Source: Nannocystales bacterium (lineage in GTDB: Bacteria > Myxococcota_A > Polyangia > Nannocystales > Nannocystaceae). From it: DNA of 64,000 nucleotides. Below, piece by piece: positions 47,497 to 57,733 of the stretch. The stretch lies in NCBI GenBank assembly GCA_050633305.1, contig JBOEGF010000032.1, positions 64,001 to 128,000 of the forward strand, read 5' to 3'. Under the pieces are notes generated by a model. It did not search any database and was not told the DNA's origin. It saw nothing but the letters and a program-made list of their open reading frames with translations. A program made the translations under genes and the position numbers. The stretch's first letter is position 1, and every line of letters begins with the position of its first letter.

Positions 47497-48489
47497 TCAA
47501 CTCGCCGCGGCCTGCTCATCGAGGGCGGCGGCAAAGCGGCGTACGATTTCACCGGCGGACTCGACCTCGTGTACACCCGACACGCTTCGCCCAGCCTGGA
47601 AGTAGTTCTTGTATCCGCTGCCGTGAAGGTTGGCCTTCTTGAGCTGCCACACCGAGCGTAGCGAGTAGTACGTGCGGATGTAGTGCTTGAGCTTGGGATG
47701 CCGAAGCATTCGCTTGGCGATGAAACCCGCCTCCGTCCCCACGGCTTCGACGTACGGAGTCTTGATCACCGCGACCGGAACGCCGGAGATGCGCTCGCTG
47801 AGCACGATGTCCTCCTCCTTGGCCTCGACGATCGCGGCCTTGTAGTCGGCGTGGGCCGTGCACTCGGACGTCGCGATGAATCGGGTTCCCATCTGAACGG
47901 CCCCGTAGCCTATGGACAGGGCATCGACGAACCCTGCCGCCTCCCCCACCCCGCCCGCGCACACCAGTGGCAGACCGAGGTCTTGCATGGAATCGAACAG
48001 TTGCTGCGGCGTCTGACTCCCCGCGTGCCCACCGGCTCGACCGTTGACGCAGATGAGGCCGTCGACCCCGGCGTCCTTCGCCTTGAGCGCAAACTTCCGC
48101 TCGGTGACGTCGTGATAGACGAATCCACCTGCCGCGTGAACCTTGCGAACGACCTCCCCCGGGTCCCCCAGGGCTGTGATGAAGAAACGAACCCCTTCCT
48201 CCAGCGCGATGTCGATCCACCGCATCATGCGGTCGAGGTAGACCTTCGAGCTCTTCTCCACGATCGCGTTGAAGCCGATGGGCTTGTCGGTGAGCGATTG
48301 AATCTTCCGCAGCCCTTCCCGGAAGTCGTTGCCGTGCACATACGTCAGGGAGATCGGCTGAACGATGCCGATACCACCGGCCTCCGACACCGCCGCGACC
48401 AACTCGGGGTTGGAGCACGGATACATCGCCCCACAGATCAATGGGACGGAAGCTCCCGTGTGCTCCTCGAAGGCACTGCGCGCGTTCAT
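47497..48489 (-). CDS. Nitronate monooxygenase / FabK-like flavoprotein
   Basis: LVAAVSEAGGIG, AGGHAG, AGGVG, VQMGTRFIATSEC. Confidence 0.88.
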   Translation of the reverse strand: MNARSAFEEHTGASVPLICGAMYPCSNPELVAAVSEAGGIGIVQPISLTYVHGNDFREGLRKIQSLTDKPIGFNAIVEKSSKVYLDRMMRWIDIALEEGVRFFITALGDPGEVVRKVHAAGGFVYHDVTERKFALKAKDAGVDGLICVNGRAGGHAGSQTPQQLFDSMQDLGLPLVCAGGVGEAAGFVDALSIGYGAVQMGTRFIATSECTAHADYKAAIVEAKEEDIVLSERISGVPVAVIKTPYVEAVGTEAGFIAKRMLRHPKLKHYIRTYYSLRSVWQLKKANLHGSGYKNYFQAGRSVSGVHEVESAGEIVRRFAAALDEQAAAS

Positions 48490-48582
48490 ACGGTCGACGC
48501 TAACGGGGAGCACCTCGTGCGACCACCCTCAATCCGGCGGGCCCGTCCTGCAAAGCCGCCGGAGCGCTGGTAGCGTGCCATC

Positions 48583-50070
48583 GTGTTGGCGCGACAGGGT
48601 TGGGGCGGATGGGTGCTGGCAGCGGCCGGGTTGTGGACCACGGCGGCTTGCGGGCCTGCGGTGGGCAGCGGGGAGACCGACGGGGAAACCGGCTCGGGCA
48701 GCGTTGGCACCACCACCACCGCGCCTGATCCCAGCACCACGGCTCCAGTGACCTCCACGTCCACCTCGACTCCAAGCACGGTCACAACCGCGCCACCGAC
48801 CGAGGACGAAAGCGGTGACGCTGGGTCGAGCGAGACCGGCAGTACCACCGGGGACGTCCCGCCCTGCGAAGAGGGCAACTGTCGGATCGACATCGTCATC
48901 GTCGTCGACAACTCCGCCCGAACGGCGGGGGCCCAAGAGGCACTCGCACTGGGGATGATCGAGCTCGAAGCTCAGCTCCGAGGAATGGGCGCCGACTTCC
49001 AGGTGATGTTCACAACCACCGACTTCGGCAACCCGTCGTGTACTCCGTTCGAGCCGGCGGGATACGACCCGGCGCGTGGTGAACCCGTCGCAAGCCCCTG
49101 CACGGCCCGGCTGGACGATTTCGTCGGCCTCGGTGGCGCTGCGGTCAACGCCCAAAGCGCCTGCACCAACGTTTGCCCGGATGGCATCGGCCCCATCAAC
49201 GACCCCTTCGTCGCGTTCGACGGGCTCAACCACAATCTCCCGGAGCTGACCGATCCCGTCGATATCGATGGCGATGGCGTCCCGGAGAACGAGGTCGCGC
49301 GCGCCATGGCTTGCCTCGCCCCGATGGGCATCAATGGTTGCGCCTACGAGTCGCCGCTGGAGAACATGCTCCAGGCGCTCAACCCTGCGGCGGCTTGGAA
49401 CACCGCGGTGCGCCCCTTCCTGCGCCCCGACGCCGCGGTCGGACTCGTCCTGCTCACCGACGAGTTCGACTGCTCGGTCTCGGACTACACGATGATGTCC
49501 GACACCTCGCTCATGGAACTCTTCCCCGCGACCGGTCAGCCCAGCGCGAGCAGTGCGCTGTGTTGGAACGCCGGCACCGATTGTGACGGGCCGTTGCCCG
49601 ACGGAACCTACGATTGCACCGCGGTCGCCGACGACAACCTCCAGCCGCTGACGCGGTACACGAACTACCTCGAAGACACACTCGCCCAGGACATGCTCAA
49701 ACCCGTGTACATGCTCGGGTTGTTGGGCGTGCCTGCGGTCACCCAAAGGATGAACCGCGCCCCCTTCACACCGCTCGCGGGCGGGATTGCCGACCTTCAG
49801 GTCCGAGACTGGACCGAAGCGGACGTACTCCCCGAAGACGCAGCGATGGGGGTCACGGCCGCAGATCAGCAGTTCTCGTACGGCGTTGGCCCGTCGTGCT
49901 CACGACCCGAGAGCACGACGGGCCGACAAGGGATTCCCCCGCTGCGCATCTCAGAGGTCTGCGAGGGCCTCTCGGGAGCCGACAGCCAGCGGTGCTGCAT
50001 CGAGTCGATCTGCGACGACGACTATGCTGCTGGGATGCGGTGCCTCGCCGGTATGTTCCAGGCCGGCTGA
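48583..50070 (+). CDS. Myxobacterial Cys-rich vWA-like lipoprotein
   Basis: TAAC lipobox, Thr-rich linker, IDIVIVVDNS, GINGCAYESPLE, FLRPDA...LTDEFDCS. Confidence 0.75.
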   Translation: MLARQGWGGWVLAAAGLWTTAACGPAVGSGETDGETGSGSVGTTTTAPDPSTTAPVTSTSTSTPSTVTTAPPTEDESGDAGSSETGSTTGDVPPCEEGNCRIDIVIVVDNSARTAGAQEALALGMIELEAQLRGMGADFQVMFTTTDFGNPSCTPFEPAGYDPARGEPVASPCTARLDDFVGLGGAAVNAQSACTNVCPDGIGPINDPFVAFDGLNHNLPELTDPVDIDGDGVPENEVARAMACLAPMGINGCAYESPLENMLQALNPAAAWNTAVRPFLRPDAAVGLVLLTDEFDCSVSDYTMMSDTSLMELFPATGQPSASSALCWNAGTDCDGPLPDGTYDCTAVADDNLQPLTRYTNYLEDTLAQDMLKPVYMLGLLGVPAVTQRMNRAPFTPLAGGIADLQVRDWTEADVLPEDAAMGVTAADQQFSYGVGPSCSRPESTTGRQGIPPLRISEVCEGLSGADSQRCCIESICDDDYAAGMRCLAGMFQAG

Positions 50071-50077
50071 GCCCGAG

Positions 50078-51796
50078 TCACGCAGGGCGGGCTCGGGGCC
50101 CGCGCAGCAGCGTCCCTCCGAGCACCCCCGTGTGCTCGCCATCGATGTAGACAACCTCACCGCCGATGATCGTGAACCGGTAGCCGGTCGCATCCTGCAG
50201 AAGGCGGCGCCCGCCTGCGGGCAGGTCCCAGGCCATTCGCGCGGGCCCCAGCTTGAGATTGTCGAAGTCGATCACGTTGACGTCGGCCCGCATCCCCGGT
50301 GCCAAGACCCCCCGGTCATGCAAACCGTAGATGTCTGCGGTGTCCTTCGTCTGCCGCTTCACCACATGCTCGAGACCCAGCTTCGGGCCGCGGCGACGGT
50401 CTCGTGCCCAGTGCGTCAGCATGAACGTGGGCATGCCCGCATCACAGATCGCCCCACAGTGAGCGCCCCCATCTGCCAGGCCGAACCTCGTGTTCGGATG
50501 GGCGTGCAGCGTATGGAGCGGATCGAGACTTCCCGAGGCGTAGTTGAACAGCGGAAAGTAGATCATGCCTTCGCCATCGCGTTCCATCAGGGCGTCGTAG
50601 ACGAGCTCCAATACGTCGACACCGGACCGAGCTGCGATCGCGGCCAGACTCTCCTCCGGCTCGGGTTCATAGTCGAAACCGGCGACCATCGGAAACATGC
50701 GGCCGAACGTTTGCGTGATGAACGACTCGAAGGGGCCTACGGTGACCGCCGTCTCTGCAAGGAGCTTGGCTCGAAAGCTCGCATCCCGCAGCGTCGCGAG
50801 CTGTTCCTCCCACGGGCGCGTCGCCAGCGCTTGCCACGACGGATACAGGGCGAACGGATGTGCTGTCCCGCGCCAACACATGCACAACCCAATGCTTCGC
50901 CCGGCGACCTGTCCCGTCAGCGGGATGCCGTCCGCGGACGCCTGCTCCAAGACCGCGAGCGCCTGCATCCAGCCTTCGGGGTTGGGGTCGGTCTGGGTGA
51001 GGTTGAACAGCACCGACGTCCCCTGCTCGCGTGCCATCGCATCGAGCCACTTCACCTCTTCGTGAATCCGGTCGTTGTCGCAGGAGATTTCGAACAGTGC
51101 CCCCTTGCTGGCCAACACCGCAGCGATGGCCGTGAGCTCATCCATGCTCGCGCTCGTTCCCGCCACGAGTACGCCCTGTGCCGTCTTGTGCAGCGGGGTT
51201 CGAGACGTCGAGAAGCCCAACGCGCCCGCCTCGATGGCGTCCCCTACCAACGACGCCATCTGAGCGATCTCCTCGGGCGTTGCGTCGTCCTGCTCTGAGC
51301 GCTCGGGTCCCATCACGTAGCCCCGGATTGCGCTATGCGGAACCTGGGTCGCGTAGTCGAGGGCGTGCGGCCGCCGCTGGAGCGCGTCGAGATACTCCGG
51401 GAACGACTCCCAGTCCCATTGAATGCCCTCGTGCAACGCGGCGCCAGGAATGTCCTCCACGCCCTCCATCACGTTGATCAGCCAATCTCGATGCTCTGCG
51501 CGACACGGTGCGAACCCAACACCGCAGTTCCCCATCACGACCGTGGTCACCCCGTGCCCACTGCTGGGAGAGAAGTGGGGGTCCCACGTCGCCTGGCCGT
51601 CGTAGTGGGTGTGCATGTCGACGAACCCCGGCGTGACCAGCATGCCCTTGGCGTCGAGCTCGCGACGGCCAGCGCCCGAGACCTCCCCCACCGCAGTCAC
51701 GACCGAGCCTTGCAGCGCAACGTCGGCGACCCGCGCGGGTGCTCCTGTCCCATCCACCACCAGGCCACCTCGAATGACGACGTCGTGCTCGCTCAT
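50078..51796 (-). CDS. N-acyl-D-amino-acid deacylase family amidohydrolase
   Basis: [44 protein letters not shown]. Confidence 0.9.
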   Translation of the reverse strand: MSEHDVVIRGGLVVDGTGAPARVADVALQGSVVTAVGEVSGAGRRELDAKGMLVTPGFVDMHTHYDGQATWDPHFSPSSGHGVTTVVMGNCGVGFAPCRAEHRDWLINVMEGVEDIPGAALHEGIQWDWESFPEYLDALQRRPHALDYATQVPHSAIRGYVMGPERSEQDDATPEEIAQMASLVGDAIEAGALGFSTSRTPLHKTAQGVLVAGTSASMDELTAIAAVLASKGALFEISCDNDRIHEEVKWLDAMAREQGTSVLFNLTQTDPNPEGWMQALAVLEQASADGIPLTGQVAGRSIGLCMCWRGTAHPFALYPSWQALATRPWEEQLATLRDASFRAKLLAETAVTVGPFESFITQTFGRMFPMVAGFDYEPEPEESLAAIAARSGVDVLELVYDALMERDGEGMIYFPLFNYASGSLDPLHTLHAHPNTRFGLADGGAHCGAICDAGMPTFMLTHWARDRRRGPKLGLEHVVKRQTKDTADIYGLHDRGVLAPGMRADVNVIDFDNLKLGPARMAWDLPAGGRRLLQDATGYRFTIIGGEVVYIDGEHTGVLGGTLLRGPRARPA

Positions 51797-51799
51797 CAG

Positions 51800-51834
51800 A
51801 AGTGAACCATATTCACTTTTTGAATCACATTCAA
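51800..51834. promoter_or_regulatory. Two palindromic operators (TGAA-N5-TTCA) between the divergent deacylase and TetR genes
   Basis: AAGTGAA-CCATA-TTCACTT (51800-51818) and TTGAA-TCACA-TTCAA (51820-51834) in an AT-rich spacer. Confidence 0.8.
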
Positions 51835-51848
51835 CCTGGATGTAGACT

Positions 51849-52547
51849 GTGGCCGTGAGTTCGCCCGCCGCGCAACGTTCTCCTCGTCGAGCGCGAAAGT
51901 TCGCTGCCAAACACGAGGCGATCCTCGACGCCGCCATGACGATCGTGATCGGAGACGGTCTCGCAGGACTCACGCTCGGCAAGGTCGCAAAGGGCCTGGA
52001 TGTGGCCGTTGGAGGCCTCTACCGCTACTTTCCGAGCAAGGAAGACCTCGTGGTGGGTCTGCAACGACGGGCCGCCGAACGGTTCGGGATGCGGCTGAAC
52101 AGCCACCTTCCGGCCAAGCCCCCCACCCGCGGGGCCCTCGCCCTGCTTCGCCACGCCTTGGCGCCGTTCGAGTTCTACGCATGCAATGCGAAGGCCGACC
52201 CCCTCGAGCACCGCCTCATGGACATCATGCTCTCGAACCTCGCCCCGGCCCTCGACGAGCACCAGGCGCGGCTCGTCGAAGGCGCGCTCGGGCCGATCCT
52301 CGAGCAGGCGCAGCAGGGGCTCGAACTCGCGTGCGAGAAGGGTGCCCTCACTCCGGGAGACGGTCGGCAGCGAACGCTCCTGCTGTGGAGCGCAACCCAT
52401 GGCCTCGGACACCTCCGGAGTCGCGACCGGCTCGAGAGCGGACCTCACCAGGTCGACGCCCTGCGTCCTGCGATGTTCGAGGCGCTGTTGATCGGGTTCG
52501 GCGCCGAACCGAAACACGCCCGAGCCGCGTCACGGCCCGCCCCGTGA
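51849..52547 (+). CDS. TetR/AcrR family transcriptional regulator
   Basis: ILDAA...GLTLGKVAKGLDVAVGGLYRYFPSKEDL HTH. Confidence 0.92.
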   Translation: MAVSSPAAQRSPRRARKFAAKHEAILDAAMTIVIGDGLAGLTLGKVAKGLDVAVGGLYRYFPSKEDLVVGLQRRAAERFGMRLNSHLPAKPPTRGALALLRHALAPFEFYACNAKADPLEHRLMDIMLSNLAPALDEHQARLVEGALGPILEQAQQGLELACEKGALTPGDGRQRTLLLWSATHGLGHLRSRDRLESGPHQVDALRPAMFEALLIGFGAEPKHARAASRPAP

Positions 52548-52708
52548 ATCCGACTCGAAGAAGCGGGCCGACGCGAGCATAGCGGCCTCCACGCCCCCTA
52601 CGCCCACGTCGGCCCAGCGCAGCCGGAAGCTGCACAACAACCAACGCAAACGAGGCGCCGAGGTTACGGAGAACCTGGCGCCTCAGGAGCGACTGCAATG
52701 CGCGGAGG

Positions 52709-53017
52709 CTACAGCGGCTCGCCGCCCTCAGACGTACAGTCGGCAGCGGTGAGCAGGATCCAGCCCTTGCCCTTGCATTCGTTCAACCCTCCACAGGCGT
52801 GTCCTTTGGAGCCCGCTTCGACGCGGCCGTCGGGGACGTCGCACCCGGATTGACCCGAGCAGTCGTTGGCGCCGAAGCACTTGATCTTGGCAGCGGCCTT
52901 CGCATCGCCTCCGGGCGCTGCTTCGTCGGGGACCGCTGAGGTCTTCTCTTTGTCACAGCCGCCGAGGAAGAGTGCGGCGGCAGCGAGGGCCAGCGTGGTG
53001 GGAATGCTCTTGGACAT
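52709..53017 (-). CDS. Bufferin-type (BufA2-like) Cys-rich RiPP precursor, lipoprotein
   Basis: LGGC lipobox; KCFGANDCSGQSGC...HACGGLNECKGKGW...C; neighbouring DUF692/DUF2063 genes. Confidence 0.8.
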   Translation of the reverse strand: MSKSIPTTLALAAAALFLGGCDKEKTSAVPDEAAPGGDAKAAAKIKCFGANDCSGQSGCDVPDGRVEAGSKGHACGGLNECKGKGWILLTAADCTSEGGEPL

Positions 53018-53038
53018 GGGTCTGGTGTTCCTTTGAGG

Positions 53039-53584
53039 TTACTCGGTGGGGTGGCAGCCGAAGCAGCCGAAGCCCTTGCCCGTCTCGGGGTTGTAGGGCT
53101 CCATGTCGAGCAGCGCCGCCGACTCCGGCACGACCTTCTCGACCATGAACTTGGTGATCGCTTCGTCGTACTCCATCGCGGCGCCGACGGGGTCCTTCGC
53201 ATCGAGGGGGAACAGCGAGTCGGTTGGCATCGCGAAGTTGGTCTCCTTCATGTCGTCGCCATGGCAGGTCTGACACTTGAACCCGGAGAACTGCGCTTCG
53301 TCGTGCGCCTTGAAGGTTTTCTTTTGAGCTTTGAGGAACGTGATCCCCATGTACTCCTGCCGCTGCTTGAAGGACTTGTCTGCCCACTTGACGCCGGGAG
53401 CACCGGGCTCGGTGTCGTCTTCGGCAGGGGTCGCGGCGCCGGCGTCTGCGGCGTCGGGGGTGGCGGGCGTCGCCGGGGTGGCATCGGCGGGCGCAGCTGG
53501 TTGGGCCCCCTTGTCGCAGGCGGACAGGCCCAAGCCGAGGAACGAGGTCAGAAGGATTTTCGCGAGCGGAAGCTTGGCGTGCAT
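53039..53584 (-). CDS. Diheme c-type cytochrome lipoprotein
   Basis: LSAC lipobox; CQTCH and CFGCH. Confidence 0.8.
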   Translation of the reverse strand: MHAKLPLAKILLTSFLGLGLSACDKGAQPAAPADATPATPATPDAADAGAATPAEDDTEPGAPGVKWADKSFKQRQEYMGITFLKAQKKTFKAHDEAQFSGFKCQTCHGDDMKETNFAMPTDSLFPLDAKDPVGAAMEYDEAITKFMVEKVVPESAALLDMEPYNPETGKGFGCFGCHPTE

Positions 53585-53629
53585 CAAGAACTCTCAGAGG
53601 GTGCGTAGGGTTCGGTCTCGCCAGCCGTC

Positions 53630-53654
53630 AACGTCTGGCAATAGTGGTTGTTAC
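53630..53654 (-). promoter_or_regulatory. Putative ECF sigma promoter of the cytochrome-precursor operon
   Basis: Minus strand GTAAC-N16-CGTT, about 45 nt upstream of the cytochrome ATG. Confidence 0.4.
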
Positions 53655-53723
53655 GCGGGCCGAAGCCGACTTTCAACCCACCCGGCGACGCCTGGCCTGC
53701 AACAGCCTGTTACGCTGTCTGCA

Positions 53724-54554
53724 ATGAAGCAGGACCGGCCCAGTCTCGGTCATGGCGTGGGTCTGAGGGTCCCCCACTACGAGAGGGCCCTCGACGGCCG
53801 CCTCGACGTGGATTGGGTCGAGGTGATCACCGAGAACTTTCTCGGCGAGGGCGGCCGGCCCCGTGCAGTCCTGGACGCGACCCGGGCCCAGGTCCCCGTG
53901 GTGCTGCACGGTGTTTCACTGGGTATCGGATCCGTGGAGCCGCTGGATACGGCCTATCTCGCCCAAGTTCGGGCGCTCATCGACCGAACCGAACCGGCGT
54001 GGGTCTCGGATCATCTGTGCTGGGGACGCATCGACGGGCACCACGCCCACGACCTCCTGCCCCTCCCCTACTCCGAGGAAGCCCTGGAGTTGGTGGTCGG
54101 TCGTGTCGGGCAGGTGCAAGACGCCCTAGGCCGGCCGCTCGTCCTCGAGAACGTCTCGAGCTACGTCGGCTACGCGCAGAGCGTGATGCCGGAGTGGGAG
54201 TTTCTCGCCCAAGTCGCCTTGCGCAGCGGCGCTCGGGTGCTGCTCGACGTCAACAACATCGTGGTCAGCGCGAAGAACTTCGGATTCGATCCCGAGGACT
54301 ATCTGGCCGGTGTCCCGACCGATGTTGTGTGGCAGTTCCACCTCGCCAACCACACCGATCGCGGACACTACAAGTTCGACAGCCACAAAGGTGCGGTCTC
54401 GGATGAGGTCTGGAGCCTCTACCGCCTCGCAGTCCGGCGTTTTGGCGAGGTCTCGAGCCTCATCGAGTGGGACGAAGACGTGCCTGCTTGGGACATCCTC
54501 CGGGACGAGTCGCGCAAGGCGAGAACGATCGCAGACGTGGAGCTTGGCCGATGA
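53724..54554 (+). CDS. MNIO / DUF692 multinuclear non-heme iron oxidase (BufB-like)
   Basis: [58 protein letters not shown]. Confidence 0.92.
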   Translation: MKQDRPSLGHGVGLRVPHYERALDGRLDVDWVEVITENFLGEGGRPRAVLDATRAQVPVVLHGVSLGIGSVEPLDTAYLAQVRALIDRTEPAWVSDHLCWGRIDGHHAHDLLPLPYSEEALELVVGRVGQVQDALGRPLVLENVSSYVGYAQSVMPEWEFLAQVALRSGARVLLDVNNIVVSAKNFGFDPEDYLAGVPTDVVWQFHLANHTDRGHYKFDSHKGAVSDEVWSLYRLAVRRFGEVSSLIEWDEDVPAWDILRDESRKARTIADVELGR

Positions 54555-55369
54555 CACTCGCGCAGCTTCAGGCGCTGTTTTGGGAGGCGATCCGGTGGCC
54601 CACCGGCGTCGAGGATTTCCTCGCCCAGGCCAGCGTAGAGACCCGCCGAGCGTTCTCGGAGACATTTTCGGAGACTCCCGTGTTTGCCCGCGCGGCGCGG
54701 GTACAGGTCTACGCCGAGGCCTACTTCTGGCGCCTGTACGAGGTCGCCGTCGACCAGCACCCCGTCACGGCATGGCTGCTGGGGGGTCCGCGGTTCCACG
54801 ATTTCGTGACCGACTTCGTGCTCGCATCGCCCTCGAACACCCCCGACATCCGCCGGTTCGCGGCGGGACTGGCCGCCGCGATACGCAGCCACCCCCTGGC
54901 ACAGGCTCACCCGGGGATCGCCGATGTCGCGGCCGTGGATTGGGCGATCAACGACGCCGTCGACATGCCCAACGAAGCCCGCCTCACCGCGCATGCTCTT
55001 CAGGCGGTGCCTCCCCAGGCTTGGCCGACTGCGCGCTTCGGACTGACGACCACCGCGTCCCTTCACGCGTGCGCGCTGCCCTACTCGACACTTCGGCGTG
55101 CGTGGGCCCAGGAGCAGCCGGTGCCTGAGTTCGACGCTACGCCGCGCACGGTCTTGGTTTGGCGTCAGGCCGACCACGACGTCTACCAGCGCACGCTCGG
55201 CGACCCCGAGGCCCGAGCCCTGGCGAGCATCCGCAACGGCGGGACGTTCGCCGAGGCGTGTGATGCCGCGGCCGGGCCCCACGCAAACGAAGCGTCACCG
55301 GCCGACGTCGCAGGATGGCTCCAACGATGGCTCGGCGACGAGCTCCTCGTCTCGCTCGACTATTCGTAG
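54551..55369 (+). CDS. DUF2063 partner protein (BufC/HvfC-like)
   Basis: LAQLQALF...[17 protein letters not shown]-coupled to the DUF692 gene. Confidence 0.82.
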   Translation: MTLAQLQALFWEAIRWPTGVEDFLAQASVETRRAFSETFSETPVFARAARVQVYAEAYFWRLYEVAVDQHPVTAWLLGGPRFHDFVTDFVLASPSNTPDIRRFAAGLAAAIRSHPLAQAHPGIADVAAVDWAINDAVDMPNEARLTAHALQAVPPQAWPTARFGLTTTASLHACALPYSTLRRAWAQEQPVPEFDATPRTVLVWRQADHDVYQRTLGDPEARALASIRNGGTFAEACDAAAGPHANEASPADVAGWLQRWLGDELLVSLDYS

Positions 55370-56205
55370 GCGCAACTCGAACGAACCTGCCCCGCCAACG
55401 CGGAAGCCTTGTGCCGCGCCAAGAACCGGTCCGCGGCTTTGCGAGCCGCATCGGTGCGACCCAGCTCGCACAGCACACGAACCTCGAGTGCCCGGCGGAC
55501 CTCCACGAGTTCCCCCTTGGGGTGCCGCTTGGCATGAAGACGCAAGGCCGCCAAGGCCTCAGTGTTGCGGCCGCCCGAGCTCGCAACACGTGCCTTGCCG
55601 AGCAGCGCGGACTCGGCCGCGAGCGCCGATGCGGTGGGGGGTTCGGACTCCGGACGGTGCCTACGAGGACGAGCCTTCGCCTTGGGGGCCCGCGGCGCAG
55701 CGGTGTCGACCTCGGACGTCTCGGTCACCTCCGGTGTTTCGATGACCGAGAGGATCTCGACGTCGTCCTCGACCACCGGCTCCGGCGTCTTCGTGCGCAG
55801 CTTTGCCCCTCGTTCAGGCTCTGCCTTCGGGCCGGCTTCGACTGCGACCGCTTGGGTCGTGACCTGTGGTTCGGGAGGCGAAGCAACCGTAACAACACCG
55901 ACGCCCACTCCCGCCGTCACCGCCAGGACGGTCGCGACCTTCGCCACCGTCAGCGCAATCGAGGTCGTCGCAGCGCTCGATGCTGCCGCTGTGGACACCG
56001 CGGCGGTCGAAGCAGCGGCCGTCGACACCGCTGCCGTCGAGGCCGACGCGGTCTTGGCCCCAACCGTAGCCGCCGCCATCCCCAACACCGCGGCCCCGCC
56101 AGCCTGTGCCGCGATCTTCCCCCACATGCGCGTCTCCGCTTCGGGCGGGGGTGCTTGGTCGTCCAGCGACTTCGCCGCCGACACGAGTTCATCGAGTTGA
56201 GTCAT
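55360..56205 (-). CDS. Putative anti-sigma factor (TM, C-terminal TPR-like)
   Basis: STAA repeats, TM, LAAESALL..AR...HPKGELVEVRRALEVRVLC; coupled to the ECF sigma gene. Confidence 0.7.
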   Translation of the reverse strand: MTQLDELVSAAKSLDDQAPPPEAETRMWGKIAAQAGGAAVLGMAAATVGAKTASASTAAVSTAAASTAAVSTAAASSAATTSIALTVAKVATVLAVTAGVGVGVVTVASPPEPQVTTQAVAVEAGPKAEPERGAKLRTKTPEPVVEDDVEILSVIETPEVTETSEVDTAAPRAPKAKARPRRHRPESEPPTASALAAESALLGKARVASSGGRNTEALAALRLHAKRHPKGELVEVRRALEVRVLCELGRTDAARKAADRFLARHKASALAGQVRSSCAYE

Positions 56206-56735
56206 CCCGCAGCCATCCTTTTTCGTCCCTCTCGTTGCGACCGGACCCGCAGTCGCTCGGTGGCCCGCTCCAGATGCTCACGCGCTCGGCGAAGTCTGGA
56301 GTAGACGGTGTTGATTCCGGCCCCTGTGGCCTCGGCGACCTCGGCGGGGGACAGTCCCTCGAGTTCGGCCATCACAAAAACGACACGTTGCTCTTCGGGC
56401 AGCTCGGCGAGGAGTTCCCCCAGCAAGCGCGCAGCTTGGACCCGCTCGGCGTACGCGTCCGGCCCCGCAGGACTCTCCGCGGGTGTTTGCGCGGTGCGGG
56501 CTTCCTTCACCCGGCGCCGGTGGTCCTCTTGCGCCACTCGAAACGCGATGCCGTACAACCACGTGCGAATCGAGGAACGCCCCTCAAACGCGGCGAGCTG
56601 CCGGCCGACGACGATGAAGACGTCCTGCACGACGTCTTCGATCCGAGGGTCGGGGATCCCCATCTTGCGGACCGACCGCCAAACGAAGCGCCAGTGCGCC
56701 TCATAGACGCTACGCAGCGTCGGCGCGTCACCCAC
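56202..56735 (-). CDS. ECF RNA polymerase sigma factor
   Basis: GGAGG RBS; FVWRSVR, EDVVQDVF, FEGRSSIRTWLYGIA, NTVYSRLRRAR. Confidence 0.92.
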   Translation of the reverse strand: MGDAPTLRSVYEAHWRFVWRSVRKMGIPDPRIEDVVQDVFIVVGRQLAAFEGRSSIRTWLYGIAFRVAQEDHRRRVKEARTAQTPAESPAGPDAYAERVQAARLLGELLAELPEEQRVVFVMAELEGLSPAEVAEATGAGINTVYSRLRRAREHLERATERLRVRSQREGRKRMAAG

Positions 56736-57672
56736 CGCTCGCCTCCCAGAGCCGAACTTGAATCCCGACGGTGACCCGAGCGGCCACGGGGCCCTGTGTG
56801 ACCGCCCCGTCGGCGCCCTCCACCACAAATCGAGGACGATACAGCCCCACGAGCATCGCCGGCTCGAGCCACAACCCGAACCGCTCCGTTGCCCACCACC
56901 CCAGGCCCGTCGACACGACGGCATCCACAGCCAGGCGACGCGCAGCCTGGGTTCGGTCGACGGCCACGCCCTGCGCTCGTACAACCCCGACCCCCACACC
57001 ACCGCAGCCAAAGAGGTCGACCGACGCGCGTCGGAACGAGGGGCATGCTCTGGCCTCCGCACCGACCGAAAGCAGAGATGCGGCGACATCACCATCTCCC
57101 AGTGAGATCGGCGCCCACCCGGAGAACGTCCCGCCCAGCTCCAGCCGCACGCTCCCGACCGAGAAGGAACCCGCGAGGCCGGCGGCACCTCCAGGTTGCG
57201 GATACGTGGCCACCACAGCCCCGCCACTCGCCCGTAAATCGAACGCGCGTCGAGGCTGGCTACGTTCCACCGTCCTCTCGACCGCGGGCGCCGGCTCAGC
57301 TTCGACCGCGGCTTCAGCCTCGAACTCAGGTTCGGGTTGCGGTTCGGGCGCGCCGCCGACCATCGCCGCGGGGTCGACCGCCATCGCGACGTAAAGCGCA
57401 GCGGAGTCGACAAGCGGATCACAACTGGGGGCCGACAGACGTCGCTGCGTTGAACCGTCGGCCGTCTCGACCACCAAGGTCAGTCCGTAGCCCTCGGCGG
57501 TTTTCTCAATGCGGCCCTCGACACGGACCACCGACCAGTCAGGATCGGCGCCGCCGAGCAGACGGCGGACCTCGCCTTGAAGGGCCGCCTCCGAAGGGCA
57601 CGCGGTGGGCACGTCCCACCGCACCGCGTCGGCGTCTCCCGCCACGGCCTGCATCAACATCCAACCAGCCAT
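56728..57672 (-). CDS. Hypothetical exported protein with C-terminal beta-barrel-like region (myxobacterial ECF cassette)
   Basis: WDVPTACPS, RRLSAPSC..L..SAAL..AMA, alternating beta strands. Confidence 0.65.
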   Translation of the reverse strand: MAGWMLMQAVAGDADAVRWDVPTACPSEAALQGEVRRLLGGADPDWSVVRVEGRIEKTAEGYGLTLVVETADGSTQRRLSAPSCDPLVDSAALYVAMAVDPAAMVGGAPEPQPEPEFEAEAAVEAEPAPAVERTVERSQPRRAFDLRASGGAVVATYPQPGGAAGLAGSFSVGSVRLELGGTFSGWAPISLGDGDVAASLLSVGAEARACPSFRRASVDLFGCGGVGVGVVRAQGVAVDRTQAARRLAVDAVVSTGLGWWATERFGLWLEPAMLVGLYRPRFVVEGADGAVTQGPVAARVTVGIQVRLWEASGG

Positions 57673-57733
57673 CCAAGCTCCGTGCGCCGCTGCACCCTCC
57701 CCACGCCAAGGGTATCGCGTATGAGCAGTGCGC

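Noticed and set aside
52548..52708. SRP RNA, tmRNA or 6S RNA
   Set aside because: Lacks the SRP domain IV internal loop, tRNA-like ends and the single long 6S hairpin
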